Shown: positions 31,791 through 42,283, counted from the stretch's first letter. The stretch is 64,000 nucleotides of DNA from an uncultured Planctomycetia bacterium (GCA_964489445.1 CAZAYU010000004.1:189-64188); one strand, 5' to 3'. Translations and numbers: made by a program. The notes: generated from the sequence alone by a model not told the origin.

Positions 31791-33041
31791 CTAATCCCTA
31801 ACTTGTCCATTTCCGGTTGCTACCCATTTGTAAGTAGTTAGCTCTTCTAAACCCATCGGACCCCGAGCATGTAGTTTATCCGTGGAAATACCTATTTCTG
31901 CTCCTAAACCAAACTGAAACCCATCACTGAAACGAGTAGAAATATTCACAAAGCAACAAGCCGAATCTATTTCTCTTGTGAACGTCTTAGCATTATCTTT
32001 ATTTTCTGTAATAATTGTATCAGTATGATGAGAACCATATGTATTAATATGTTTTACAGCTGCCTTTATATTGCTAACTATCTTAATCGCAACAATTAAA
32101 TCCAGATATTCAGCAAACCAATCTTCTTCGGTGGCTTTTTCTGCCTGAGGGATAATCTTTCTTGCCTGGTTGCAGGCACGAACAATAACTCCACTTGAAT
32201 CAAATTCTTTCATTAGCGCTGGAATGAATTCTCTTGCTATCTCTTTATGGACTAAAATAGTCTCTGCAGCATTACAAACTGAAGGCCTTTGAGTTTTAGC
32301 ATTAATACATATCTTTAAAGCTTTACGAATATTTGCACTTTTATCTACAAAAATATGACAAACGCCTTTATAGTGTTTTATAACCGGAATTCGGGAATTT
32401 TCTACCACTGTACGGATTAATGACTCTCCTCCTCTGGGAATAACTAAATCAATATACTCGTCTGCTTTGAGCAATTCATGGATAATTTTCCTATCCGTTT
32501 TTTCCACTACAAAAAACACCGGAAAATTAATTCCACTTAGCTTTAAAGCTTTTTTTAGCACTAAGCCTATTGCCTTGTTAGAGCAAACAGCATTTCTCCC
32601 GCCTCTTAGAATACCGACATTAGAAGTTTTGAACAACAGCCCCGCACAATCAGCCGTTACATTCGGGCGAGCCTCATAAACAATTAATACTACTCCCAAC
32701 GGAACTCTAACTTTTTTTATTCTTATCCCGTTAGATTTTTGATAATCAGAGATTACTTTGCCTACCGGATCCGGCAGAAATGATACTTCTTTTAGCGAAA
32801 CACTCATTTCTTTTAATCTTTTATCCGTTAACTTCAAACGATCAATAAGATTGGCTTTTAAATTATTTTTTACAGCCTTTTTGATATCCTTTTCATTTTC
32901 CTTTATAATAAACTCTCTATTGTCCATAATTGCTTTAGACATATTCTTTAAAGCGTTATTCTTCTGACGTGTAGTTAGCTGAGCCAGTAAATAGCTTGAC
33001 TGTTTAGCTTGGTTTATTATTTTATTTACATAATCACTCAT
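31791..33041 (-). CDS. proA: Gamma-glutamyl phosphate reductase
   Basis: 416-aa ALDH-fold protein with the catalytic Cys context typical of ProA. Adjacent to proB. Confidence 0.9.
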   Translation of the reverse strand: MSDYVNKIINQAKQSSYLLAQLTTRQKNNALKNMSKAIMDNREFIIKENEKDIKKAVKNNLKANLIDRLKLTDKRLKEMSVSLKEVSFLPDPVGKVISDYQKSNGIRIKKVRVPLGVVLIVYEARPNVTADCAGLLFKTSNVGILRGGRNAVCSNKAIGLVLKKALKLSGINFPVFFVVEKTDRKIIHELLKADEYIDLVIPRGGESLIRTVVENSRIPVIKHYKGVCHIFVDKSANIRKALKICINAKTQRPSVCNAAETILVHKEIAREFIPALMKEFDSSGVIVRACNQARKIIPQAEKATEEDWFAEYLDLIVAIKIVSNIKAAVKHINTYGSHHTDTIITENKDNAKTFTREIDSACCFVNISTRFSDGFQFGLGAEIGISTDKLHARGPMGLEELTTYKWVATGNGQVRD

Positions 33042-33051
33042 AATTTTTTAA

Positions 33052-34095
33052 TTAATTTGACCGGACAAAATCGTTTCGATGGATAACTTCCTTAACAAAT
33101 TTTTTACTTTTAATGTCTGTTAAATCTTCACAAGAATAATTAATTAACCCACTCCCAACCATCAGGCCTTGTTCATCTAAGATAATAACAGCATCTCGTT
33201 TTTTAAAAAATCCTTCCACTTTTACTATTCCTACACCTAATAAACTTTTTCCATTATTAATAATTGCTTCTTTAGCTCCGGCATCAATAAAGATAACACC
33301 TTTTGGTTTTTTGCTAAACGCTATCCATCTTTTCCTAGCTTTATGCTTTTTTTTATCGGCAACAAATAAAGTGCCCAAAGATTCCCTATTGATAAGGCGC
33401 GACACCACTTCTTTTTCCTTTCCGCAAGCAATTACCGTTTCAACACCTGAAGAAACAGCTACCTTAACCGCTTGCAACTTAGCAATCATCCCCCCAGCAG
33501 TATGAGTTTTGTCTTCTTTCCTTGCCAAAGAAAGTATTTCCACCCCAATACGCTCTACTCTCGGAATAACCTCTTCGCCCTTCTGTAACCCTTGAACATC
33601 GGAAAGAATAATCAACTTGTCAGCTTCAATCAAACCAGCTACTAAAGCCGAAAGACGATCGTTGTCGCCAAAGCAAATTTCCTCACATGATATCACATCA
33701 TTCTCGTTAATAACTGGAATAACGTTCATGGTTAATAGCTTATCGATTGTTTTTTGGATATTTATAAAACGCTTACGATTATCAAAATCATCCCAGGTAA
33801 GCAAAACCTGAGCACAAGCCCGTTTATATTTTTTGAATGCCCGGTTAAATACATCCATCAAAATAATCTGCCCAATTGACGAAATTGCCATTAAAGAACA
33901 AACATCTGCCGGTTTACGCTTATGCCCTAATATGTGCAGTCCACAGGCGATAGCTCCGGAACTTACTAAAACAACTTTAGTTTTTTTGTCTTCCGCTTTA
34001 AGAACATCTTTAACCAGTTTATTAACTAGCAAAGAGTCAATTTTCCCTTTGGGGGCAATAATGCTGCTACCAATCTTGACTATTATTTTTTTCAT
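33052..34095 (-). CDS. proB: Glutamate 5-kinase (with C-terminal PUA domain)
   Basis: Amino-acid kinase fold N-terminus (IVKIGSS...), C-terminal PUA-like segment. Confidence 0.9.
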   Translation of the reverse strand: MKKIIVKIGSSIIAPKGKIDSLLVNKLVKDVLKAEDKKTKVVLVSSGAIACGLHILGHKRKPADVCSLMAISSIGQIILMDVFNRAFKKYKRACAQVLLTWDDFDNRKRFINIQKTIDKLLTMNVIPVINENDVISCEEICFGDNDRLSALVAGLIEADKLIILSDVQGLQKGEEVIPRVERIGVEILSLARKEDKTHTAGGMIAKLQAVKVAVSSGVETVIACGKEKEVVSRLINRESLGTLFVADKKKHKARKRWIAFSKKPKGVIFIDAGAKEAIINNGKSLLGVGIVKVEGFFKKRDAVIILDEQGLMVGSGLINYSCEDLTDIKSKKFVKEVIHRNDFVRSN

Positions 34096-34322
34096 TGTCT
34101 ATTTATTTGATTAATCTGATAAATACCACAAAATATATTATTAATTATTACAAAACTTTTATCTGCTTTTTAAAAAAAGTCTTTTTCTTTTCCCTTATTC
34201 TACCAAGTTTACTATGTAAGTAAACTCAATTATCAGCGGAAGTTAATACTTAATGCCCTTTTAGATTGAAACCAATTAAAAAAATACACTTACAAAGATT
34301 ATAACCTATTGATAGAGTAAGA

Positions 34323-34646
34323 CTAAGATTTTTTTGAAGAATCAGCAATAATTCGCTTAATCTTTATTTTGGTGTGGATTTGACGATGCCCTTGTTTTTT
34401 GCGGTATTTTTTACGACGATTAAATTTATAAACAATGATTTTTTTCGCTTTATTTTCCCCTTCGACTTGAGCTTCAACTGTAACTTTGTCTAAATAAGGA
34501 GTACCGATACTTACCTGTTCGCCATCAGCAAGCAAAAGCACCTTGTCGAAAGAGATTTCACCTTCAGCATCCAAGCGCTCAACCTCTATGCTGTCTCCTT
34601 CCTTGACTAAATATTGTTTTTTACCTATTTCTACTACTGCTAACAT
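34323..34646 (-). CDS. rplU: 50S ribosomal protein L21
   Basis: MLAVVEIGKKQYLVKEGD N-terminus typical of L21. Confidence 0.9.
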   Translation of the reverse strand: MLAVVEIGKKQYLVKEGDSIEVERLDAEGEISFDKVLLLADGEQVSIGTPYLDKVTVEAQVEGENKAKKIIVYKFNRRKKYRKKQGHRQIHTKIKIKRIIADSSKKS

Positions 34647-34754
34647 AAGAGCAAAATATTAACACATCAATAAGCAGACGTCAAGTATTTCTTAATAAAC
34701 AAAAAAAAATCCGTAAGCTGCGTTTTTTTAAAAAAACCCGTGTTCTTTATGAAT

Positions 34755-35003
34755 TTAAACCTGTTCTACGCTTTTTATTTCCGGTATTAATTCTTTTATT
34801 TTTTTCTCAATACCCATTTTAAGCGTATAGGTACTCATCGGACAGCTTCCGCAGGCACCAGTTAATTTAACTTTAACAATTCCATCGTCAGTAACTTCTA
34901 CCAACTCCACATTTCCACCATCAGCTTGTAGCGCCGGTCTAATTTCTTCTAATGCTTTTTCCACTTTCTCTTTCATATCAACCTCCTTAATGAGACTAAC
35001 CAT
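34755..35003 (-). CDS. Nfu/NifU C-terminal-domain Fe-S cluster carrier protein
   Basis: 82 aa with GACGSCPMS CxxC motif. Confidence 0.8.
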   Translation of the reverse strand: MVSLIKEVDMKEKVEKALEEIRPALQADGGNVELVEVTDDGIVKVKLTGACGSCPMSTYTLKMGIEKKIKELIPEIKSVEQV

Positions 35004-35138
35004 TTTTCGAAGAAAAATGTTTAGTCGAATTGGCCCACCACTTTAAGAGGCGGGATACGTTAGTAATTAAAATCCCCATACTTATTGCTTCTTTTTTAAA
35101 AAAACAGAAAAAGAAATAGTACACATCTCTACCTATTC

Positions 35139-36248
35139 TTAAAAAGCATCTTCAAGCATTTTTTCTTCCAGTTTTTTAATCTCATTTTTAATTATTTCTG
35201 GAAGAGCTAAAATATTAACATCCATGAATCCGCGGACAATAGTTGACTGTGCTTCAGAGGCAGTCATTCCTCGAGAGCACAAATAGTCTATTTCTTCTTT
35301 ATTAATCTTACCAATAGCCGCCTCATGAGATAGATCAACATCCTGCAAATCAGTTTCTAGCTCCGGAATTGCATGAATTCCTCCTTTTTCCGATAACACC
35401 AAACCTCTGCATTCCAAATGTCCTTTTGTATTCTTTTCTCCAGCCTTAAGGTGACCACGGGCAATAATTTTTCCACCCACACTTACTGCACGAGAAATAA
35501 TTTCCCCTTGCCCTCCCTCGGCGTTCAGAATAATTCGAGAACCAATATCTTGAACAGAATCCGGGTAAGAAAGAATTAAAGAATTGAAACTAACTCTTCC
35601 ATTTCTTCCGGAGATAATTGCTGTAGGATACATTACTACTTCCTTGACTGGCTTAAGACAAACATAATTAGAAACAAAAGTTCCGTTTTCTTTTACTACT
35701 GCAACACTCATCGGCTTAACAGAAGTATCCTCTCTAAAATTATGAATCATTGTGAAATTCAAATAAGCTCCCTTTTCCACATAAAATTCAGAAATTCCTA
35801 AATGAAATCCTTCTTTAGCTGCCCGAGACGCAGAACAACCAGTGATCAAATTCACCTTTGCTCCTTCTTCAACAATAACCAGATTATGAACTTTCTGTTT
35901 AAATCCTTGCGCCTTAAGAAATAAGCACGCCTGTATCGGCAATTCTACTGTCTTTCCTTTTTTTATTCTAATAAAGTATCCACCCTCAATATTTTTCGGA
36001 TATTCTTTGCCTAACAATCGGAAAGACTCACCTAAATATTTTCGGGCTCCAGAATCATTGGCCAACGCTTCTTTAATATCTAAAATATCTACCGATCCGG
36101 AAAGGCTACGTGACAGGAGCACTTCGGCATCTTTTTGAAAGAAAGTTGCCGAACGTTCTTTTTCTTGAAAATCCATTCCCGAAAAAGCTATTTTTTCTTT
36201 ATCTTGAGAATCAATATGTCTATCTATACCTTCTGCTGCCATTGACAC
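35139..36248 (-). CDS. sufD: SufB/SufD-family Fe-S cluster assembly protein
   Basis: 369-aa beta-helix SufBD-family protein, translationally coupled (25-nt overlap) to sufC. Confidence 0.8.
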   Translation of the reverse strand: MSMAAEGIDRHIDSQDKEKIAFSGMDFQEKERSATFFQKDAEVLLSRSLSGSVDILDIKEALANDSGARKYLGESFRLLGKEYPKNIEGGYFIRIKKGKTVELPIQACLFLKAQGFKQKVHNLVIVEEGAKVNLITGCSASRAAKEGFHLGISEFYVEKGAYLNFTMIHNFREDTSVKPMSVAVVKENGTFVSNYVCLKPVKEVVMYPTAIISGRNGRVSFNSLILSYPDSVQDIGSRIILNAEGGQGEIISRAVSVGGKIIARGHLKAGEKNTKGHLECRGLVLSEKGGIHAIPELETDLQDVDLSHEAAIGKINKEEIDYLCSRGMTASEAQSTIVRGFMDVNILALPEIIKNEIKKLEEKMLEDAF

Positions 36249-36943
36249 CCCTTACATTTCTCGTATCCTGATTCTCGGACACTGTTAAATATTTCTTTTG
36301 GCTTGCCTTTACACCAAAGTTTTCCTTCAAACATTACACACCCTTTTTCGCTATTAACGTAATCTAGGATGTATCCGGTGTGCGTAATTATTATAGCTGA
36401 TTTATGGGAATTTTTTAAGTATTCATCTAGCACTTTTCCCATTATTGATATATTTTCAATATCTACTCCGGATTCCGGTTCGTCAAGAAGAAGAAAGTCA
36501 GCATCTTGAAGAATAAGCTGAAATAACTCTGCCCGTTTCATTTCTCCACCCGAAAAATTAACATTCAACTCTCGTTGTAAATGATCTTCTAACGCAAGCT
36601 TTTGCGCTAATACCTTTATTTTTTGCTGGTCTGAACACAAAAACTGAGCAATTTGAATAAGCTTAACTCCTCGTATTTTCGGAGGGTATTGATGCATTAT
36701 TCCCAATCCTCTCTTTACTCTCTCAGTAATTGATAAATGACTTATTTCTTTCCCCTTAAAGATTACCTCTCCTTTGTCTAGAGAACAGCTTCCTAATCCA
36801 ATAATTGCCTTTATTAATGTCGATTTACCGCTTCCGTTAGGGCCAAAAAGAGATAACACCTCTCCTTCTTTTACTGAAAAAGTAACATTATCAACTATTT
36901 TTTTGCTCCCAGCAGTAATTGTAGCATTTTTTATTTTTAACAT
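36224..36943 (-). CDS. sufC: Fe-S cluster assembly ATPase SufC
   Basis: Walker A GPNGSGKST, ABC signature FSGGE, Walker B LLLDE, H-loop. Confidence 0.9.
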   Translation of the reverse strand: MLKIKNATITAGSKKIVDNVTFSVKEGEVLSLFGPNGSGKSTLIKAIIGLGSCSLDKGEVIFKGKEISHLSITERVKRGLGIMHQYPPKIRGVKLIQIAQFLCSDQQKIKVLAQKLALEDHLQRELNVNFSGGEMKRAELFQLILQDADFLLLDEPESGVDIENISIMGKVLDEYLKNSHKSAIIITHTGYILDYVNSEKGCVMFEGKLWCKGKPKEIFNSVRESGYEKCKGCQWQQKV

Positions 36944-37373
36944 GTTACCTTCCTTATCTATATCATTGCTGCAACCTGCAAATTAAATCACTCAAGCTCA
37001 ATGCTCTTCTATCAAATATGCTTAGCTACAGTACCCTTCTCTTACAGATAAGACTTCATTGATATTTCCGCATTCTATATATACTATCTTCGTTGCATTG
37101 GTCAAGGATTATTTTCTTTACACTCCTATTAACTTGATTTGAAACAATTTTTGCACATTATTTCTCTTTATAGCATAAGATATATTTTGCTTGAAAAAGT
37201 ATTTGAATATGATATAAATTATAATATAGTTATAAGTTATTCATTTAATGGAACGGTATTATCACAACGCAAAAAGAGGAGGAAAAACATAGATAATAAA
37301 GAAAACGTTAGTAAACGTTAAAATTGAAAAGGATATTTTTTTGTGTGAACTTGTTTAAAAGGAGAAAAAAGTA

Positions 37374-37688
37374 ATGGAAGAAGAAAAGAAAATCTATATC
37401 GGCAACTTAGAATTCGGCCTCAGTGAAGAAGAATTAAAAAAAATAATTGAAGAAAAAGGCGTAAGCGTAAAAGAAGTAAAAATTATCAAAGACAAATATA
37501 CTGGCAGATCTAAAGGTTTTGGATTTGCAGAATTTGAAACCGAAGAGCAAACCCAGCAAGCAATAGATGCTTTAAACGGCCAGGATTTGAACGGAAGAGC
37601 ATTGAGAGTAAACAAAGCTCAAAAGATGCGCCCAAGAAGTGATAATTTTGGCGGCGGAAGCGGCGGCGGACAAAACTCCAGATATTAA
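37374..37688 (+). CDS. RRM-type RNA-binding protein with a Gly-rich C-terminal tail
   Basis: RNP2 (IYIGNL) and RNP1 (KGFGFAEF) motifs, and a GGGSGGG tail. RBS GGAG upstream. The only convincing plus-strand gene in the window. Confidence 0.9.
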   Translation: MEEEKKIYIGNLEFGLSEEELKKIIEEKGVSVKEVKIIKDKYTGRSKGFGFAEFETEEQTQQAIDALNGQDLNGRALRVNKAQKMRPRSDNFGGGSGGGQNSRY

Positions 37689-37698
37689 TACATAAAAA

Positions 37699-37741
37699 AC
37701 GGACAGAAGAAATTACCGTTCCCTTCTGTCCGTTTTTTTTT
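37699..37741. terminator. Bidirectional rho-independent terminator between the RRM gene (+) and the BAT cluster end (-)
   Basis: 11-bp stem ACGGACAGAAG / CTTCTGTCCGT, followed by T8 on the plus strand and by TTTTTTAT on the minus strand. Confidence 0.7.
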
Positions 37742-38519
37742 ATATTCTTTCTAATTGTCTTTTTTTAATCCAACCAACTTTATCGTCAGCACGTTTTATT
37801 TTAAACCAACCATCACCCGTTGAAATTATTTCTACCTCCATTCCTTCATAAAGATTAAAGTAAACCGCCGCGCTGGCAAATGGTTCAAATTTAGCTTCTA
37901 CGGTTTCTTCTATAATAACCGCATTCTTATTCGAATAGAATATACGCTGGGAAAGAAAACCAATGCTAATCAGAAAAGCAATTCCTAAAATCGTAACCAG
38001 GCCCGATAATTTTAATCTAGACATTTTCGTTATACACCCCAGCCCCAACACAATAATCAATAAAATATAGATAAGAAATAAAAACACCGTTAACCCATCA
38101 ATCGTAAACTGATTAAAAAAACTATTGGCAAATTTTGTTATCCACGATTGAGAAGAAGCAACAACACTTCTTTTTATTAACGATTTAGCATACTTATAAT
38201 TTGCCTGTAAATCTCTATCTCTGGGAATCAATCTCTTAGCGCGAGCATAATTTAAAATAGTTTTTCCTAGATTATCTTTTTTAAAGTAACAATTACCCAG
38301 GTTGTAATAAATATTCCCGCTTTCTAAGCCTTTTTCTAGTATGCCTCTATAAGCTGAGATAGCTTCATTATAATCTCCCTGCTCGTAAAGCAGATTTGCT
38401 TTAATAAAAGCTATATCCAATGTTTTTTTCTCGAAAGCAAACCCATTAAACACAACACTGGTCAAAATTAAGCATAAAAAAATAATCTTTATCTTCCTGT
38501 TTTTTGCTTTTCTAATCAT
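37740..38519 (-). CDS. BatE-like TPR-repeat protein with C-terminal SH3-like domain
   Basis: TPR repeats (YNLGNCYFKK...), TM segments, C-terminal SH3b-like GWFKI...GWIKK. Last gene of the BAT-type cluster. Confidence 0.65.
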   Translation of the reverse strand: MIRKAKNRKIKIIFLCLILTSVVFNGFAFEKKTLDIAFIKANLLYEQGDYNEAISAYRGILEKGLESGNIYYNLGNCYFKKDNLGKTILNYARAKRLIPRDRDLQANYKYAKSLIKRSVVASSQSWITKFANSFFNQFTIDGLTVFLFLIYILLIIVLGLGCITKMSRLKLSGLVTILGIAFLISIGFLSQRIFYSNKNAVIIEETVEAKFEPFASAAVYFNLYEGMEVEIISTGDGWFKIKRADDKVGWIKKRQLERI

Positions 38520-40321
38520 ATCTTTTGCTTTTGGAGAGAATTAATTATTATTTTTATCTGACGAAAAGTATTTTCCATCCCTCCGGTTCCAACATCCAAG
38601 GGAGCATAACGCGCAAAATCACACTTCTTGAATGTTTCTTCTATCTGTAACAAAACTTCTTTTTTAACATTTTTATTTTTTAAGATTTCCTTAACTTTGT
38701 CCAACACAATTTCTCCCGGAGGTAAATGAAGCTTATCCCCGAGATACTCTTGAAAAGTCTTAAACGCATCATTGTAAAACTCGTTTTGTTTATTTTGTTT
38801 TAAGTATTGCTCGACTCTTTTAAGCCCTATTTTCGCCTTCTTAAAAGCATTTATCCTTCGAGCATAACGATAATCTGATTTTATCTTTTCCCTTCGGCTA
38901 TAAAAAATCAATGTTATGCTTAAGATAATTAACGGTAGTAACCCGCTGAATAAAAATAATTTATTGTTATATAGATACATACGCTGTTTTATTATTTTTC
39001 CCGGATAATTCTTGATATAGACTATTCCTCTGCCGATTTTTTCCTTACCCAGCGGTCTTTGAGTAATATTTGAATTTTCTAATATCTTTAGTTCTCCGCC
39101 TTTTTCTAATGGTTTCACTTCTATAGATATCGGACCTTTGGATATTGTTTTGTACTGTTTATCATTAGGATTAAAAAAACTAAACTCTACTAAAGGAAGC
39201 TGGTTAGATTTATCATCCTTTGGCATAAATATTTGTTCAAACGTTTTCTGATTGTTGCCTACAGTTACTTGTGGTTTGTAAACTTTAAAATCTTCTTGAT
39301 GTCCAACCCAAGGAGTACCTACTGTATCAAAATTTCCTTGGCCAGACACAACCATTTTCATGGTAATTGGATCCCCAACATTAACGCTTGTCGGGCTAGC
39401 ATCTACATTAAATCTAAAATTACCAACTGCTCCTTTAAAACTTTTTGGTGAATTTTCCGGTAGCGGCAATACAGAAAACTTAGCTTTTCCAGATTTTATA
39501 ATTACCGGATAAGTCTGATATCTTTGAAAAAAATCATTAAATCCTCCCCTAAAAAAATCATCAAACGCTGAGTTTCCTCTTCGTTGCTGTTTCTTTTTTA
39601 CTGCAACAGACATTTGGATATTAACTGGCCCAATAGCAAATTCTCCGGATCTAGTTCCAAAAACCCTAGTATTAAATTCAACAACCCTATACGATAGTCC
39701 GTTTAAAACCTCAGAATACTGTCGGGGCTGTCCATATTCACCCACGAATAATCCATCTTGCTCAAACTGAGGATATTGGATATCGGTTGCCTGGATCCCC
39801 CGAGTGTACAGTTTTATAACTAACGGAATAACTTCTTTTAAATAAACTTTGTCTTTTGCTGGAATAATTTTTACAAGCGCTCTTTCTTCTAAATCTAAAC
39901 TATTATTTGAAGTCTGACTAGAATTAGTTCCGGTCACCGGACCGCTGACTATCTCCACATTTAAAGAATCTGATTGGTAAGCATTACCCTGATAATCAAC
40001 AGAAAAAGGTCCAATAACAAAATTTCCTATTTTTTGGGGGGTAAGAGAATAATTATGTGTCGTGGAACTAGTAACTTCTCCATTAACTACGGACATCATT
40101 GTTGACGGGCCTATATAACGTATAGTGCAATCCTGTATATCAGGAAGATTAAAATGTGATACATTTTGTGCATTATGCAATGTAAGACTTAGCTTTATGT
40201 TTGAACCTAAGGAAATTTTACTTTTATCTATTGATGCGTTAAAACTTACATCCGCAGCGTTAGTGTTTACGGAAAATAGCAAAACCAATGACAATAAAAA
40301 TATTACTTTAGCTTTCTTCAT
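38516..40321 (-). CDS. BatD-like large exported/membrane protein
   Basis: 601 aa, signal peptide plus one C-terminal TM. Position between BatC and BatE as in described BAT operons. Confidence 0.7.
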   Translation of the reverse strand: MKKAKVIFLLSLVLLFSVNTNAADVSFNASIDKSKISLGSNIKLSLTLHNAQNVSHFNLPDIQDCTIRYIGPSTMMSVVNGEVTSSTTHNYSLTPQKIGNFVIGPFSVDYQGNAYQSDSLNVEIVSGPVTGTNSSQTSNNSLDLEERALVKIIPAKDKVYLKEVIPLVIKLYTRGIQATDIQYPQFEQDGLFVGEYGQPRQYSEVLNGLSYRVVEFNTRVFGTRSGEFAIGPVNIQMSVAVKKKQQRRGNSAFDDFFRGGFNDFFQRYQTYPVIIKSGKAKFSVLPLPENSPKSFKGAVGNFRFNVDASPTSVNVGDPITMKMVVSGQGNFDTVGTPWVGHQEDFKVYKPQVTVGNNQKTFEQIFMPKDDKSNQLPLVEFSFFNPNDKQYKTISKGPISIEVKPLEKGGELKILENSNITQRPLGKEKIGRGIVYIKNYPGKIIKQRMYLYNNKLFLFSGLLPLIILSITLIFYSRREKIKSDYRYARRINAFKKAKIGLKRVEQYLKQNKQNEFYNDAFKTFQEYLGDKLHLPPGEIVLDKVKEILKNKNVKKEVLLQIEETFKKCDFARYAPLDVGTGGMENTFRQIKIIINSLQKQKI

Positions 40322-40357
40322 GAATTTCTATTTTTAATCTTTACTCGCTTTGACAAC

Positions 40358-41242
40358 TCACCAGTCTTTTAGCACATCAGGATAATTCTGAGTTTTTTTC
40401 CGCTTCTGCACATCTAGAGTTTCCTCTTCTTGGCGATAATTCTCTAACAATAGTTTTGCCTCTTCTTCATTCATTTTTCTATTATCTATGGATTCTTTTT
40501 CCGAGTTACCCTCTTTGGGCTGATCTTCTTCTTTTTTTTCATTTTCCGGAGGCGCCTTTTCTTGTTTTCCTTCTTTTTTTTCTTCTGCTTTGTCAGGTTC
40601 AGAAGATTGATCTTCCTGCTTATCTTGGCTTTGGCTATCTTCCCTTTCCTCTGGCTGGTTAGTTTGTTGTTGATTTTGTTGACTTTCTTTATTGTCTTGT
40701 TTTTTCTCCTTTTTTTTAGTCTTGTCACTTTGAGAAGATTGCTGTTGTTTTAGCTGTTCTTTAAGAATCTCTATTTTTTCTTTAGTAAATTCGTAATTAA
40801 TTTTAGCATCTTTATCTTCTCCTTCAAGCTCTATCGCCCGTTTATAATAGTTTAATGAATCGCTGAGCAAATTAATAGCTTCCTGAAGATTATTTTTTTC
40901 TTTACTGCGAGCTTGCTGATATTTACTATTACCAATATTATAATTTGCTTTGGCCTCTAACTTCTTATCTTGGGAAACTAACGCTTTAGTAAAGGAACTT
41001 TCCGCTTGTTGATAATCCCCCTGTTTATAATAAGCTGCTCCTTGATCAAAGTTAACGACACCTGAATTAGGATCAATTTCTTGTGCTTCGTTGTAACGCT
41101 TTAAAGCTTCGGCAAAATTCTGTTGGTTATAAAAACTATTTCCTTTATTCACTAGCCCAGATACCGAATCAGCAAAAGCAAATTGATAAGTAAATACTAA
41201 ACAAAACAAACCAATAGTTATTACACGCCAATACAATCTCAT
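40358..41242 (-). CDS. BatC-like TPR protein with a low-complexity K/E/Q-rich tail
   Basis: Signal/TM, TPR repeats (ALKRYNEAQEIDPN...), then a ~130-aa charged low-complexity tail. Confidence 0.7.
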   Translation of the reverse strand: MRLYWRVITIGLFCLVFTYQFAFADSVSGLVNKGNSFYNQQNFAEALKRYNEAQEIDPNSGVVNFDQGAAYYKQGDYQQAESSFTKALVSQDKKLEAKANYNIGNSKYQQARSKEKNNLQEAINLLSDSLNYYKRAIELEGEDKDAKINYEFTKEKIEILKEQLKQQQSSQSDKTKKKEKKQDNKESQQNQQQTNQPEEREDSQSQDKQEDQSSEPDKAEEKKEGKQEKAPPENEKKEEDQPKEGNSEKESIDNRKMNEEEAKLLLENYRQEEETLDVQKRKKTQNYPDVLKDW

Positions 41243-42243
41243 AGTGTTCTCTTTCTTTCAAAGATAAATGACTCCAGCAGAAGAATTAACAAAGCAACAG
41301 CTAACGGTATTTGGAACCGTTCATCATAGCGCTTTCTCATTTTTCCTTCAAAATCTTTTTTCTCCATTTTTGAAAGCTTTTCTTCATAAATCAAATCTAG
41401 CCCGAATTCTGCCCCGGCAGCTTTAACATACCCGCCTCCGGTGATTAATCCTACTTCCTGCAATACAGTCTCTCCTAACCGAGACTTAACAAAGTTACCC
41501 TGTCTATCTCTTAAGAATAAATTTTTCCCCTGATTATCAGGAACCGGTATCAGCTCTCCTTCTTTTGTGCCTATCCCGATGCAAAATATTTTTACACCCT
41601 CTTTTTTAGCTTGTTTAGCAGCATTAATAACTTTGCCTTTGTGATCCTCCCCATCAGTAATAATTATTAGTATTTTATATTTGTTTAGTCCACCTTCATA
41701 ACTTTTTAACGCTTCAAAAATAGCGCTAGAAACAGAAGTTCCCCCTTTAGGGATAGTATTTACTCCGAGACCATCCAAAGAAATCATAAATCCGCTGTAA
41801 TCAAGAGTCAGGGGACACTGTAAAAATGCTTTTCCGGCAAAAGCAATCAATCCGATTCTATCGCCTTTTAATTTCTTGATTAAATCTTTAACTGCCAATT
41901 TTGAACGATTCAATCTGTTAGGCTTAACATCTTCAGCCAACATACTCTTAGAAGTGTCTACTGCTATTAGGATATCGAGACCTTTACGCTTAACCTCTTC
42001 CCACTGAAATCCCCACTGCGGCCGCATTAAAGCAAATAAACAAAAAAACACCGAAAGGTTAAATAAAATTAATTTTACTTTTCTTTTATTGTTATCTAAC
42101 GAAAAACTTAAATCATTTAAAAGATTACTCTCGGCAAATTTATTTAGCATTTTTTTTCTGTTTCGAAAAGATAAAAAGCAGAAAAAAATCAATAACGCTA
42201 AAAGCCAAAACAAATAACCCGCATAAACATTAGCAAATCTCAT
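41239..42243 (-). CDS. BatB-like von Willebrand factor A domain membrane protein
   Basis: Two N-terminal TM helices and a vWA MIDAS motif (DTSKSM). Confidence 0.85.
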   Translation of the reverse strand: MRFANVYAGYLFWLLALLIFFCFLSFRNRKKMLNKFAESNLLNDLSFSLDNNKRKVKLILFNLSVFFCLFALMRPQWGFQWEEVKRKGLDILIAVDTSKSMLAEDVKPNRLNRSKLAVKDLIKKLKGDRIGLIAFAGKAFLQCPLTLDYSGFMISLDGLGVNTIPKGGTSVSSAIFEALKSYEGGLNKYKILIIITDGEDHKGKVINAAKQAKKEGVKIFCIGIGTKEGELIPVPDNQGKNLFLRDRQGNFVKSRLGETVLQEVGLITGGGYVKAAGAEFGLDLIYEEKLSKMEKKDFEGKMRKRYDERFQIPLAVALLILLLESFIFERKRTL

Positions 42244-42283
42244 ATTTCTTATTTAATCACTAAACACCCTTAACCATACTTAA

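Noticed and set aside
37139-37321. 60-aa plus-strand ORF in the sufC/RRM divergent region.
   Set aside because: It has no SD and an AT-rich low-complexity translation, and it sits where the RRM gene's promoter/5' UTR should be.
40456-40753. Three short ORFs (62-80 aa) on both strands inside batC.
   Set aside because: They fall in the lysine/glutamate-rich low-complexity tail of BatC, where repetitive AAG/GAA sequence keeps several frames open. They are not independent genes.
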